Below the pieces are notes generated by a model. It saw nothing but the letters and a program-made list of their open reading frames with translations. It had not been told where the DNA came from and ran no database searches. Positions 18,806 through 28,228 of a stretch of 64,000 bases of DNA are shown one piece after another (within the stretch, counting starts at the first letter, position 1; every line of letters starts with the position of its first letter). The position numbers were made by a program, and so were the translations under genes. The stretch lies in contig OY970296.1 in NCBI GenBank assembly GCA_963716175.1, positions 3,808,001-3,872,000 of the forward strand. Direction: 5' to 3'. Origin of the DNA: an uncultured Armatimonadetes bacterium. GTDB taxonomy: Bacteria; Armatimonadota; Hebobacteria; Hebobacterales; Hebobacteraceae.

Positions 18806-19126
18806 TTAGATCAGCCTCGGGATCCGCTGGGTCACGATTCGGTACACCTCCGAGTAGTTGACCTTGTCGTACTCGTGGCTGATGACATTTCGCAGGCCGA
18901 CCAGCTCAGGCCACGGTATCTCCGAGTGGGCCTCGCGAAATGCCGCGCTCACCCTGCGCGCCGCCTCGCCCAGAATCTCCAACTTCCGCTCAACGGCCAC
19001 ACGCACCATCTCGCTGTCGTCTGCGACGAACTGGGCGAGCGAGAGGCCGCTTGCGAAGCGCGCGACCGCCCGCGCTGCGTCCAGCATGTCCCAGAGGCTC
19101 GCGGGATCGCGCTCCTCAGGCGGCAT
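18806..19126 (-). CDS. HepT-like (DUF86) HEPN RNase toxin
   Basis: LEILGEAA, IPW, RNVISHEY (RX4HXY). Confidence 0.9.
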   Translation of the reverse strand: MPPEERDPASLWDMLDAARAVARFASGLSLAQFVADDSEMVRVAVERKLEILGEAARRVSAAFREAHSEIPWPELVGLRNVISHEYDKVNYSEVYRIVTQRIPRLI

Positions 19127-19418
19127 GGATCACTTCTCTGTTGTTGAGGACGTTGCGCCTCCGGAAGGGATTTCTGAGAGCACCCTTCTCCACCAGGTCC
19201 ACGTCCCGGCCGAACATGAGCCGCAGCTCGTCTTCGGCATGGATGTGATCGAACAAATCCCACTCTGCGTCGTCCTCGAACACCACCAGCACGTCCACGT
19301 CGCTGTCGGGGCCGAAGTCATCCCGCAGCGCAGAGCCGAAGATGGAGAACTCCTTCACTCGCCACTTCCGGCAGAACTCTGCGATGCGCTCTCGATCAAC
19401 AGGAATAGCGAGTGGCAT
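19116..19418 (-). CDS. MntA-like minimal nucleotidyltransferase antitoxin
   Basis: FGSALRDDFGPDSDVD (GSX10DXD), GRDVDLV. Confidence 0.9.
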   Translation of the reverse strand: MPLAIPVDRERIAEFCRKWRVKEFSIFGSALRDDFGPDSDVDVLVVFEDDAEWDLFDHIHAEDELRLMFGRDVDLVEKGALRNPFRRRNVLNNREVIHAA

Positions 19419-19481
19419 TATGCCGTTCCTGTCCGTAGGACAATCCCTGTTCATCTGCGTTTATCTGCGGATGATTGTCGT

Positions 19482-20912
19482 CTACAGGATGTACCGTGCC
19501 AGGTCCAGGTTCTTCACCACATCGGCCAACTGCTTGCCCACGTATTCCCCGGTGACGGTGATGCGCGCGGGCGCGATGTCCGAGGCCTCGAAGGAGGCGT
19601 CCTCCAGCAGCCGTTCCATCACCGTGTGCAGGCGCCGGGCTCCGATGTTCTCGGTCTGCTCGTTCACCTGGGCCGCGATCTTGGCGATCTCCGCAACCCC
19701 CTCAGGCGTGAACTCTAGCTCCACCCCCTCGGTCTCCATCAGCGCGGTATACTGGCGGATGAGCGAGTTCTGCGGCTCGTTGAGGATGCGCACGAACTCC
19801 GCCTCGCCCAGCGGCTCCAGCTCCACCCGCAGCGGGAAGCGGCCCTGAAGTTCCGGGATCAGGTCAGACGGCTTGGTGGCGTGAAACGCCCCGGCCGCGA
19901 TGAACAGGATGTGATCGGTTTGCACCGGCCCGTATTTGGTCATCACGGTCGAGCCCTCGACGATGGGCAGCAGCCCCCGCTGCACCCCCTCGCGGCTCAC
20001 GTCCGGCCCGATGCCGCGCTCCCGGCCCGCGATCTTATCCATCTCATCAATGAAGATGATGCCGGACTGCTCCGCCCGGTCAATCGCCTCCCCGGTCACC
20101 TGCTCCACGTCAATCATGCGCTCCGCCTCCTGGTCAACCAGGATGCGGCGCGCCTCCCCCACCGTCACCGACCGGCGCCGGCGCTGCTTCGGGAACATCC
20201 CTCCCAGCATGTCCTGCAGGTTCATCCCCAGCTCTTCCATCCCACCCGCGCCGAAGATCGGGAAGGTGAGGAAGCGGTTTTCCTCCACTTCGATTTCCAC
20301 CATCTGCCGGTCGAGTTCGCCCGCCAGCAGCCGCCGCCGCAGCTCGCCCCGGCTCTCGTCGTCCGGTTCCGCCTCTTCTTCCTCTGGCTCCGGCGCGCGC
20401 TGCTGGAGCAAGGCCGCCATCGCCTCGCCGACCGAATGCAGCCGCCCCCCGCGGGCGCCGCCGCGGCGCTGCAGACCGTCCAGGACGCGCTCGATCGCGC
20501 GCCGCTCCGCCTGCTCCTTCACCGCCTGCACCTTCTCGGAGCGGACCATCCGCACCGCCGCCTCCACCAGGTCCCGCACCATCGCATCCACATCCCGGCC
20601 CACATAGCCAACCTCGGTGAACTTGGTTGCCTCCACCTTCACGAACGGCGCCCGCACCAGGCGCGCCAGCCGCCGCGCGATCTCGGTCTTGCCCACCCCC
20701 GTGGGGCCGATCAGCAGGATGTTCTTCGGGATCACCTCGTCCCGGATGTCCTCGCCCAACTGCTGCCGCCGCATCCGGTTGCGCAGCGCGATCGCGACCG
20801 ACCTCTTCGCCGCCCTCTGGCCAACGATGTACTTATCCAGCTCCTCCACGATACGGCGCGGAGTGAGTTCCTCGAGCAGTTTCCCAGGTGACACTTCAGA
20901 TCGAGTAGCCAT
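19482..20912 (-). CDS. hslU: ATP-dependent protease ATPase subunit HslU
   Basis: [38 protein letters not shown]-terminal RYIL. Confidence 0.97.
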   Translation of the reverse strand: MATRSEVSPGKLLEELTPRRIVEELDKYIVGQRAAKRSVAIALRNRMRRQQLGEDIRDEVIPKNILLIGPTGVGKTEIARRLARLVRAPFVKVEATKFTEVGYVGRDVDAMVRDLVEAAVRMVRSEKVQAVKEQAERRAIERVLDGLQRRGGARGGRLHSVGEAMAALLQQRAPEPEEEEAEPDDESRGELRRRLLAGELDRQMVEIEVEENRFLTFPIFGAGGMEELGMNLQDMLGGMFPKQRRRRSVTVGEARRILVDQEAERMIDVEQVTGEAIDRAEQSGIIFIDEMDKIAGRERGIGPDVSREGVQRGLLPIVEGSTVMTKYGPVQTDHILFIAAGAFHATKPSDLIPELQGRFPLRVELEPLGEAEFVRILNEPQNSLIRQYTALMETEGVELEFTPEGVAEIAKIAAQVNEQTENIGARRLHTVMERLLEDASFEASDIAPARITVTGEYVGKQLADVVKNLDLARYIL

Positions 20913-21056
20913 AGTAGTGGTATTGTAGCACAAATGCCCACACCCGTCGGGCGACGGGTTGTCATCCCGAGCGTCAGCGCGGGAGCTTGGCCGCCTGTTG
21001 GGCAGGAGCGTGCCCCTGCCGTGGTTCTTCCCCTGCGCCTCTGCGGAGGAAGCCCC

Positions 21057-22115
21057 TCAGAATCGGTACCCCATCGCCGCCTCCCGCATCGCCAGGAAGT
21101 TCTCCAGCGGGACGATGTCGAAGACCTCCGTGCTGCTTCCCACCAGGATCTGGCCCTCGGTGTCCTCGATTGCCTTCACCACCGCGTCCCTCACCTGCTG
21201 CGCGGTGCCGAAGGGCAGCAGGTGGCTGACATCTATGCCGCCGAGGAAGACCAGGCTGGGGTAGCGCCAATGCAGGTCGGCCAGGTCCATGCCGGCCGTG
21301 ACCTCGATGGGGTTCAGCCCGTCAATCCCTGCTCCCACCAGTCCGTCCATGATCGCGTTCAGGTTCCCGTCCGAGTGGAAGACGGCCTTCTGCCCCTTAG
21401 CCTGCAGGGCCGAGATCACTCGCGCCAGCCGCGGGAAGTAATGCTTCTCCAGCCATTTCACCTGCATCATGGGCCCGTTCTTGAAGGCAATGTCCTCCCC
21501 GATGAAAGCGGCCTCGAAGGGGCAATCATCAGGCAGACCCTCGATCCAGCGGCAGGCATACGCGGTGTTACGCTCCAACTGCTCGATGATCACCTCCTCG
21601 CAGTCATAGAGGTAGTAGCTGAACGGCTCCAGGCCAACCTCCGTCCAGATGCCCATCAGCTCCGGCGACGGCGATGACATCAGGTAGTAGAAGTCATCAC
21701 CAAACCAGGACTTCACCTCCACCTGATCGAGATACGAGTGGCCGGTCGCGGTCTCGCTCGGTGCGCTGACTCGCTCCTGCCAGCCGGCCAGCTCCTTCCG
21801 TTTCACCTCCCGGTACTCTTCGCTGGAGGCGTACTTCACTCGCTGCTGCCACGCCGTCCAGCGGAGCACGCGCGTCTCTCGGCCGTCCTGCGAGCGCTCC
21901 GTTCTCTCCTCAGAGGGCGACATGCGGGCACTGCGCGAGCCATCCAGGGCCGCGGCCATGGCGCGGGCGCCCGCGCGGTCGTCCCCGATCCCGACCGGCG
22001 CCCCGCCGTTGAAGTGCTGAAGCACCGCATCATTCGGCAGCAGATCGAACAGCGGCGCCCGATCCGGCTTCTCGCCCGCCATCACCCGCCGCACTCGTTG
22101 CAGGGAACCTTCCAT
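21057..22115 (-). CDS. Uroporphyrinogen decarboxylase/methyltransferase-fold family protein
   Basis: EDIAFK, FHSDGN, GIDGLNPIE, LGGID. Confidence 0.75.
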   Translation of the reverse strand: MEGSLQRVRRVMAGEKPDRAPLFDLLPNDAVLQHFNGGAPVGIGDDRAGARAMAAALDGSRSARMSPSEERTERSQDGRETRVLRWTAWQQRVKYASSEEYREVKRKELAGWQERVSAPSETATGHSYLDQVEVKSWFGDDFYYLMSSPSPELMGIWTEVGLEPFSYYLYDCEEVIIEQLERNTAYACRWIEGLPDDCPFEAAFIGEDIAFKNGPMMQVKWLEKHYFPRLARVISALQAKGQKAVFHSDGNLNAIMDGLVGAGIDGLNPIEVTAGMDLADLHWRYPSLVFLGGIDVSHLLPFGTAQQVRDAVVKAIEDTEGQILVGSSTEVFDIVPLENFLAMREAAMGYRF

Positions 22116-22172
22116 GCCATTTCCCGCCCAGCAGGGCTCTGGTAGGGCAGGTTCCGAACCTGCCCTACGGGC

Positions 22173-23039
22173 TTAGCCGAAGATCGGCTGCACCTCCACC
22201 AGCCGATTCCCCTTCCCATCGAAGTACGCATACGCGAACCCGGGTCGCAGGCTGGCGCCGCCGGCTGCGCCATCGGCCCGCAGCGCCGCCAGGGCCAACT
22301 GCTTGCTCCCCAGCTCCGGGTTGGCCGCGATGAGACGCCTGAGCGCCTGCTCGCAGGCCTGGTGCGGCTCGCGACCGTTCCCCATCATCTCTACCACCAG
22401 AAAGGAAGCGCAGACCCGCATCGCCTCCTCCCCCACGCCCGTGGCGGCCGCGCCGCCCACTCCCCGATCAACATAGATACCGGCCCCGATGATGGCGCTG
22501 TCCCCCACCCGTCCCGGCAGCTTGAAGGCCGTGCCGCTGGTAGTGACTCCGCCTGCCATCCCCCCTTTGCGGTCAATGGCGATGGTGGCCATGGTGTCGT
22601 GCCCGCCCGAGCCCGCCGGCGTCGCCTGCCCCTTCCACTCCTCCCATCGCCTCCGGCTCGCCTCTGTGAGCAGATCGAATGCGCCGAATCCGTGCTCCCG
22701 CGCAAAGGCCTTGGCCCCCTCCCCCACGAGGAGCACGTGCGGCGTCACCTCCATCACCCGCCGCGCCACCGCGATAGCGTAACGGGTTTCCTTCAGCGCG
22801 CCCACCGCGCCTGCTCGCGCCCCGGGCCCGAACATGATCGCCGCGTCCAGCTCCACTTCCCCGGCCGCGTTGGGCAGGCCGCCCCAACCGGTGCTCATGT
22901 CATTCGTGTCATCCTCGCTCGCGCGCAGCGCCGCCTCCACCGCGTCCAGGCTCTCTCCGCCCCGCGCCAGCACCTCCGCCGCGATCGCGTTGACCGCGAG
23001 GCCGCGAGGCCAGATGGAAACTGCAAACACTCCTCCCAC
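22173..23039 (-). CDS. Glycosylasparaginase / isoaspartyl peptidase (Ntn hydrolase)
   Basis: GGLPN, ELDAAIM, HDT autocleavage site, PGRVGDS. Confidence 0.85.
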   Translation of the reverse strand: MGGVFAVSIWPRGLAVNAIAAEVLARGGESLDAVEAALRASEDDTNDMSTGWGGLPNAAGEVELDAAIMFGPGARAGAVGALKETRYAIAVARRVMEVTPHVLLVGEGAKAFAREHGFGAFDLLTEASRRRWEEWKGQATPAGSGGHDTMATIAIDRKGGMAGGVTTSGTAFKLPGRVGDSAIIGAGIYVDRGVGGAAATGVGEEAMRVCASFLVVEMMGNGREPHQACEQALRRLIAANPELGSKQLALAALRADGAAGGASLRPGFAYAYFDGKGNRLVEVQPIFG

Positions 23040-23110
23040 CCTAACGCACCAGACTCATCGGGATCGCTTTCCGTCTGCGGAATCTGCGTAATCTGCGGAC
23101 TTGCAGTTCC

Positions 23111-24481
23111 TTACCCTTTGAACTGCGGCAGATATTGCGCCTGCGCCGCGAGCAGATCGTCTGCCAGTTTGGTGGTCCGCTCCAGGGACTCCACCGCGCC
23201 GTCCAACACCAGCGCCTGGATGAACTTGCTGCGGCTGCCCTCCAGGGCCGCCTCCACCACCACCTCTACCCAGGCCAGCCGCGTCGCCAGCGTGCCCACC
23301 AGGCCGGGCGCGAGAGGCCGCTGCACGATGGCCCGCACCCCGGCGCCATCGGCCACCGAGGGGCTCTCGAGCACCGCCTCCGCAGGCAGATTTGGCACCT
23401 GTCCCCGGTTGGGCAGATTGGCCGAGTAGACCCGGCCCGCGTCTCTGCGGATGCTGTCAATGATGTCTATCACTTGTTCGTGCTCGCCGCTGATGTGCTC
23501 GAAGTAGTCGGCGGGCAGCGGCCCCTTGGAGAGGGCCACGGACCGCATCTCCTCGAACCCCCGGTCGCCCCATTCGATGGTCCGCTCCAGGCTGCAGGCG
23601 TCAACCCCGAGGGTCTTGCCGAAGTAGCTCTTCTCCTTGGAGAATAGATGCGGGAAGAACTCGGTCACATGCCGGTCCAGCACCGCCGGAAATGCTTCGA
23701 ACAGCCGCGTGAGCTGCCAGCTAAACAGATGCAGATCGGCTAGCGCCGTGCCTTCGGCCTCCGCTCTGGCCGCCTTCGCGTTCGGCCGACCGTCCTCGTC
23801 CAGGTATTCCGCCAGCCTCCGCCCGGCGATCTCCACCAGGCGCGGCATCGCGTCCTGCCCATCCACCCGCACCTCTGTGAACCAGGTCATGTGGTTCATG
23901 CCGATGGCGGTGTAGTTCACCCGCGGGAACTCCGCCCCCAGTTCCCGGGCCAGAAATCTGGCCACCGCGAACACCCCATGGCAGAGGCCGACCACCTCCG
24001 CTCCCGTCGCCTTCCGGATCGCCCGGCAGACCGGGGCCATGGGGTTCCCGTAGTTGAAGAACAGGGCCGTGGGCGCAAGGTCCAGCACATCCTTGGCGAT
24101 GTCCACCATGGGCGGGATCATGCGCAAGGCGCGGGAGGTGCCACCCGGCATCACGCTGTCGCCCACTGGCTGGAAGATCCCGTGCTGGCGGGGGATGAGG
24201 ACGTCCTGCTCCCATGCTCGCCGCCCCCCCACTCCCACCGTGCAGATCACCGCGGTCGCGCCCGGCAGCACCTCCCGGCGATCCGTGCTCGCAGTCAGAC
24301 GAATCTCCACCTTCTTCGCCTCGATCATCTTGCGCGCCAGGCCCTCGGCCACCGCCAGGGCGTTGGGGTCTATGTCCACCAGGCCCAGGCCCATCTCCTG
24401 GCCGCGGCTCACCAGGTCGGCCACCAGCCCTCTGGTGAAGCTGGCGCTGCCGGCCCCGACCAGAACCACTTTCTCTGTCAT
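23111..24481 (-). CDS. Family 4 glycoside hydrolase
   Basis: VGAGS, NYGNP, GLCH, GMNH. Confidence 0.85.
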   Translation of the reverse strand: MTEKVVLVGAGSASFTRGLVADLVSRGQEMGLGLVDIDPNALAVAEGLARKMIEAKKVEIRLTASTDRREVLPGATAVICTVGVGGRRAWEQDVLIPRQHGIFQPVGDSVMPGGTSRALRMIPPMVDIAKDVLDLAPTALFFNYGNPMAPVCRAIRKATGAEVVGLCHGVFAVARFLARELGAEFPRVNYTAIGMNHMTWFTEVRVDGQDAMPRLVEIAGRRLAEYLDEDGRPNAKAARAEAEGTALADLHLFSWQLTRLFEAFPAVLDRHVTEFFPHLFSKEKSYFGKTLGVDACSLERTIEWGDRGFEEMRSVALSKGPLPADYFEHISGEHEQVIDIIDSIRRDAGRVYSANLPNRGQVPNLPAEAVLESPSVADGAGVRAIVQRPLAPGLVGTLATRLAWVEVVVEAALEGSRSKFIQALVLDGAVESLERTTKLADDLLAAQAQYLPQFKG

Positions 24482-24545
24482 CTGCCTCTCCCGCAGTTGT
24501 CGTTCGCAGCGCGGCCATGAAAAACAGGGCCGCCGGCCGTTTCCT

Positions 24546-26024
24546 TCATTCTCTGCGCCCCCTGCGTCTCCGCGGTGCGGACGGCGGCCTCTCTTGTCGC
24601 ATCTCCTCCACGGTGCGAGTATGCAGCCGCGCCGCCCCCGCGTACTCCCGGGTCGGGATCAGCTTGCCCGATGTCAGCCGCCTCTTCGCATCCGCGATCG
24701 CCTTGCGGTATTGCGGCAGCCACGGCTCGCCTGCCACCAGCATCTCGTCCACCATCTGCCAGATCTCCGGCGGATTGCACACCGCGCCCACTAGTGGGTC
24801 CATCATCATCGCCTGCCGCAGCAGCACATCATCGCCGCTCACCCCCGCCTCCACCGCCAGCCGCTGGACGCTGATGCTGACATTGCACACCGCCGCGCAG
24901 CCCAGCGGCAGATCGCCCACTCGCGGGATGTTGATGCCGTTCCCGTCCACATAGCCCGGCGCCTCGACGATGGCGTCAGCCGGCAGATTGCTGATGGTGC
25001 CGTGGTTGCCCACATTGAAGTGGCCGCGGTAGACCCGTCCCGTCTCCAGGCCCTCCATGATATAGGAGCCGTGCTCGCTGCCGCGATCCTCCGGCCGGAA
25101 GGTGTAGGGAGGCCCCTGCATCCACTGCGGGAATTCGGTCTCGAACCAGTTCCGGCCTTCGGTGCAGACGCGCAGATAGCCGCCGGTCTCACCGTTGATC
25201 CACGAACTGAGGTCAATCCACTGCGCGATCTCATCCGGCCGCTTCCGATACCAGGGCACGTATTCGCTGAGATGGCCATTGGATTCGGTGCTGAAGTAGC
25301 CAAAGCGGCGCAGCATATCAATGCGCACCTTCTCGGTTTGGCTGTACTCCGGGTGCTTCTCCAGCGCCGCCAAGAGCTTGCCTGTCAGGTCCTTCCCCTT
25401 GTGCTTGATCCCGATGTACCAGGTCTGGTGGTTGATCCCGGCGCAGATGATATCAACCTCTTCCCTCTTCAGGCCCAGCGCATCCGCGATGATCTCGTGC
25501 CCGCCTTCCACCCCGTGACAGAGGCCGACGCACCACACACCGCGGCCGTGCTGGTTTGCGGCCCACATATTCATCGCCATCGGGTTGGCATGATTGACGA
25601 ACAGACAGCCCGGCGCAGCCACCTCGCTGATATCCTTGCAGAACTCCAGGATCACCGGGATATTACGCTGGCCGTACATGATCCCGCCCGCGGAGAGGGT
25701 ATCGCCCACGCACTGATCCACCCCGTACTTCAGTGGAATATCAATGTCCGTGGCGAACCCCTCCAGGCCCCCCACGCGCACCACCGAGAACACGAAGTTG
25801 GCGTTCTTCAGCGCCTCCCGGCGATCCGCCGTGGCCGTGATCCTGGCGGGCAAGCCGGCCGAGTCCATGTCCCGCTTGCAGAGCCGGTAGACCATGTCGA
25901 GATTGCGCTCACTGATGTCGGTGAACGCGAACTCGGTCTCCCGGAACTCGGGCACGCACAGGATGTCGCGCACAATCCCACGCGTGAAGCCAATGCTACC
26001 TGCGCCGATGACCGCGACTCTCAT
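24546..26024 (-). CDS. Family 4 glycoside hydrolase (alpha-galactosidase-like)
   Basis: IGAGS, KYGVDQCVGDT, GLCH, GINHQTW, TESNGHLSEY. Confidence 0.9.
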   Translation of the reverse strand: MRVAVIGAGSIGFTRGIVRDILCVPEFRETEFAFTDISERNLDMVYRLCKRDMDSAGLPARITATADRREALKNANFVFSVVRVGGLEGFATDIDIPLKYGVDQCVGDTLSAGGIMYGQRNIPVILEFCKDISEVAAPGCLFVNHANPMAMNMWAANQHGRGVWCVGLCHGVEGGHEIIADALGLKREEVDIICAGINHQTWYIGIKHKGKDLTGKLLAALEKHPEYSQTEKVRIDMLRRFGYFSTESNGHLSEYVPWYRKRPDEIAQWIDLSSWINGETGGYLRVCTEGRNWFETEFPQWMQGPPYTFRPEDRGSEHGSYIMEGLETGRVYRGHFNVGNHGTISNLPADAIVEAPGYVDGNGINIPRVGDLPLGCAAVCNVSISVQRLAVEAGVSGDDVLLRQAMMMDPLVGAVCNPPEIWQMVDEMLVAGEPWLPQYRKAIADAKRRLTSGKLIPTREYAGAARLHTRTVEEMRQERPPSAPRRRRGRRE

Positions 26025-26179
26025 GCTGGATCTCCTCATCCATGCTGTAAGGGCGGGGATGTCGGAGTCTACCCTGAGCGGAGTCGAAGGGCATGCCCGC
26101 CTCCCAGCCTTCGCCGCGAGAAGATTCTGAGGCAGGAGGTCACTTCCTCCTCACCGAAGACTGCCGCCAGGAGAGGAAC

Positions 26180-27457
26180 ATGACCATCACCACTGCTGAG
26201 CTGGCCATCCTGGGCGGACCGAAGGCGGTCTCGGCCTATCCGGAGGACCTCTTCCACTGGCCCATCGTCACCGACGAAGATGAGCGGGCCGTGCTGCAGG
26301 TGTTGCGGGCTGGCAGCATGTCGGATCTGGATATCACCACTCAGTTCGAGGCCGACTATGCTGCCTATCAGGGGACGCGCTACGCCCTGGCCGCGCCCAA
26401 TGGCACCGCCTCTCTGCTGGAAGCCATGTTCGGCTGTGGCATCGGGCGCGGTGACGAAGTCATCGTCCCCAGTATGACCTACTGGGCCTCGGCCCTGCCG
26501 GCCTTCAACCTCGGCGCCACCGTGGTCTTCGCGGACGTCGAGCCCGACTCGCTCTGCCTCGACCCGCGCGATATCGAGCACCGCATCACCAGCCGCACGA
26601 AAGCGATCCTGGTGGTGCACTACTGCGGCCACCCGGCCGACATGGACCCCATCATGGCCGTCGGCCGCAAGCACGGGGTCAAGGTGATCGAGGATGTGTC
26701 CCACGCTCACGGCGGGCTCTACCGGGGCCGCCTTGTGGGCTCCATGGGGGAGGTGTCAGCCATGTCCATGATGGCCGGCAAGTCGCTGGCCATCGGCGAG
26801 GCCGGCATGCTCTGCAGCAACGACCAGGAGATCTTCGAGAGAGCGCTTGCCTTCGGCCACTATGAGCGCACCTCCAGCGAGATCACGATCCCTTACCTGA
26901 AGGAGCTCGCGGGCCTTCCCCTGGGCGGGTTCAAGCACCGCTTGAACCAGACCTGCGCGGCCATGGGGCGGGTTCAGCTCCGCCACTACCCGGAGCGTAT
27001 GGCCGAGATCCAGAAAGCCATGAACTGCTTCTGGGATGCCCTCGAAGGCGTGCCGGGGCTGCGTGCTCATCGGCCTCCCAAAGACTCTGGCTCCACCATG
27101 GGCGGCTGGTACAATCCTCTGGGCCACTACCTGCCCGAGGAGCTGGGCGGCCTATCCCTCCAGCGGTTCATCGAAGCCGTCAACGCCGAGGGGGGCCGCA
27201 CCTGGCGCGCCAGCAGCTATCCCCTCCATCTCCACCCGGTCTTCAACATCGCCGATATCTACCACGACGGCAAGCCCACCCGCATCGCCTTCTCCGACCG
27301 CGACCTGCGCCAGCCCAAAGGCTCTCTCCCGGTTACCGAGGCCTGCGGCGAACGCTGCCTGGGCGTGCCCTGGTTCAAGCACTACTATCCTGACCACATC
27401 GCCCAGTTCGCTGCCGCCTTCCGCAAAGTCGCCCTCCAGGCCCATCGCCTGCGCTGA
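26180..27457 (+). CDS. DegT/DnrJ/EryC1/StrS PLP-dependent aminotransferase
   Basis: GDEVIVP, VIEDVSHAHG, GKSLAIGEAG. Confidence 0.9.
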   Translation: MTITTAELAILGGPKAVSAYPEDLFHWPIVTDEDERAVLQVLRAGSMSDLDITTQFEADYAAYQGTRYALAAPNGTASLLEAMFGCGIGRGDEVIVPSMTYWASALPAFNLGATVVFADVEPDSLCLDPRDIEHRITSRTKAILVVHYCGHPADMDPIMAVGRKHGVKVIEDVSHAHGGLYRGRLVGSMGEVSAMSMMAGKSLAIGEAGMLCSNDQEIFERALAFGHYERTSSEITIPYLKELAGLPLGGFKHRLNQTCAAMGRVQLRHYPERMAEIQKAMNCFWDALEGVPGLRAHRPPKDSGSTMGGWYNPLGHYLPEELGGLSLQRFIEAVNAEGGRTWRASSYPLHLHPVFNIADIYHDGKPTRIAFSDRDLRQPKGSLPVTEACGERCLGVPWFKHYYPDHIAQFAAAFRKVALQAHRLR

Positions 27458-27499
27458 CTACAGCGCAGGTAGCGGTTTGCCTTCGGCCGGACGCCCACC

Positions 27500-27988
27500 C
27501 TACAGGCGGCCTAGCTGCCGCTTCACGTGGTCTCGCGCGAATCGCTCCTTGCCACCCGCATGCAGTGCCTGCAGATCAGTGCCCTTGCCATGCGGGAGCT
27601 TGGTGCTGGGCGCTTTGATCTTGCCCATCTCCGCCAGGATCTGCTTCAGGTTCTCGATTTCCTGATGCTGGAAATCCATGTTCTCGAGGACCAACTGGTG
27701 CATCTCGACCACGTGCTGGTGATCCTCCTGGGCCCGCTGCTCCTGCATCGCCGCGATCCGCTTGTCCCGGATCTCCGCCAGCGTGGCATAGAGCAGCACG
27801 ATGGAGCTGACCGCCACGCTCATCGTGTTCAGGTAGCTATTCACCGCCAGCACGAAATCCGTGCTGTGGGCGAACACGATCAGCGGCGCCAGCAGCGCGA
27901 TGGTGGCCAGGATGATGAACCGGTGAGTGAGGAACTTCACCGGGTACGGCAGCACGCGCCGGTCCAGGAACTCGTTGACCTTTTCCAT
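27500..27988 (-). CDS. Hypothetical protein with two TM helices and a coiled coil
   Basis: GGAGG RBS, hydrophobic segments, heptad-like C-terminus. Confidence 0.7.
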   Translation of the reverse strand: MEKVNEFLDRRVLPYPVKFLTHRFIILATIALLAPLIVFAHSTDFVLAVNSYLNTMSVAVSSIVLLYATLAEIRDKRIAAMQEQRAQEDHQHVVEMHQLVLENMDFQHQEIENLKQILAEMGKIKAPSTKLPHGKGTDLQALHAGGKERFARDHVKRQLGRL

Positions 27989-28228
27989 GGGCTACGACCT
28001 CCGCTCCCGTTCTCCGCGTGACCCCGATTCACCGCCGCCGCAGACGCGCCTTCCTGGGGCGCCGGGTTCCGGGCCTGATGGCCCGCAACACCGGGACGCC
28101 CTGCCATCGCGATGAGCAGGAGCCTTGGCCCGGGGCGGAGAAGGAGCCGCTGTCTGGCGAGGCCGTTGCCGAGGTGCCACCCCACGAGGGCCTCCAGGCG
28201 CGCAGCGTCAACGCGAGGAGGGGCAAAG

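Noticed and set aside
27990-28228. Riboswitch upstream of the SLH genes
   Set aside because: GC-rich stems only; I could not recognise any aptamer consensus
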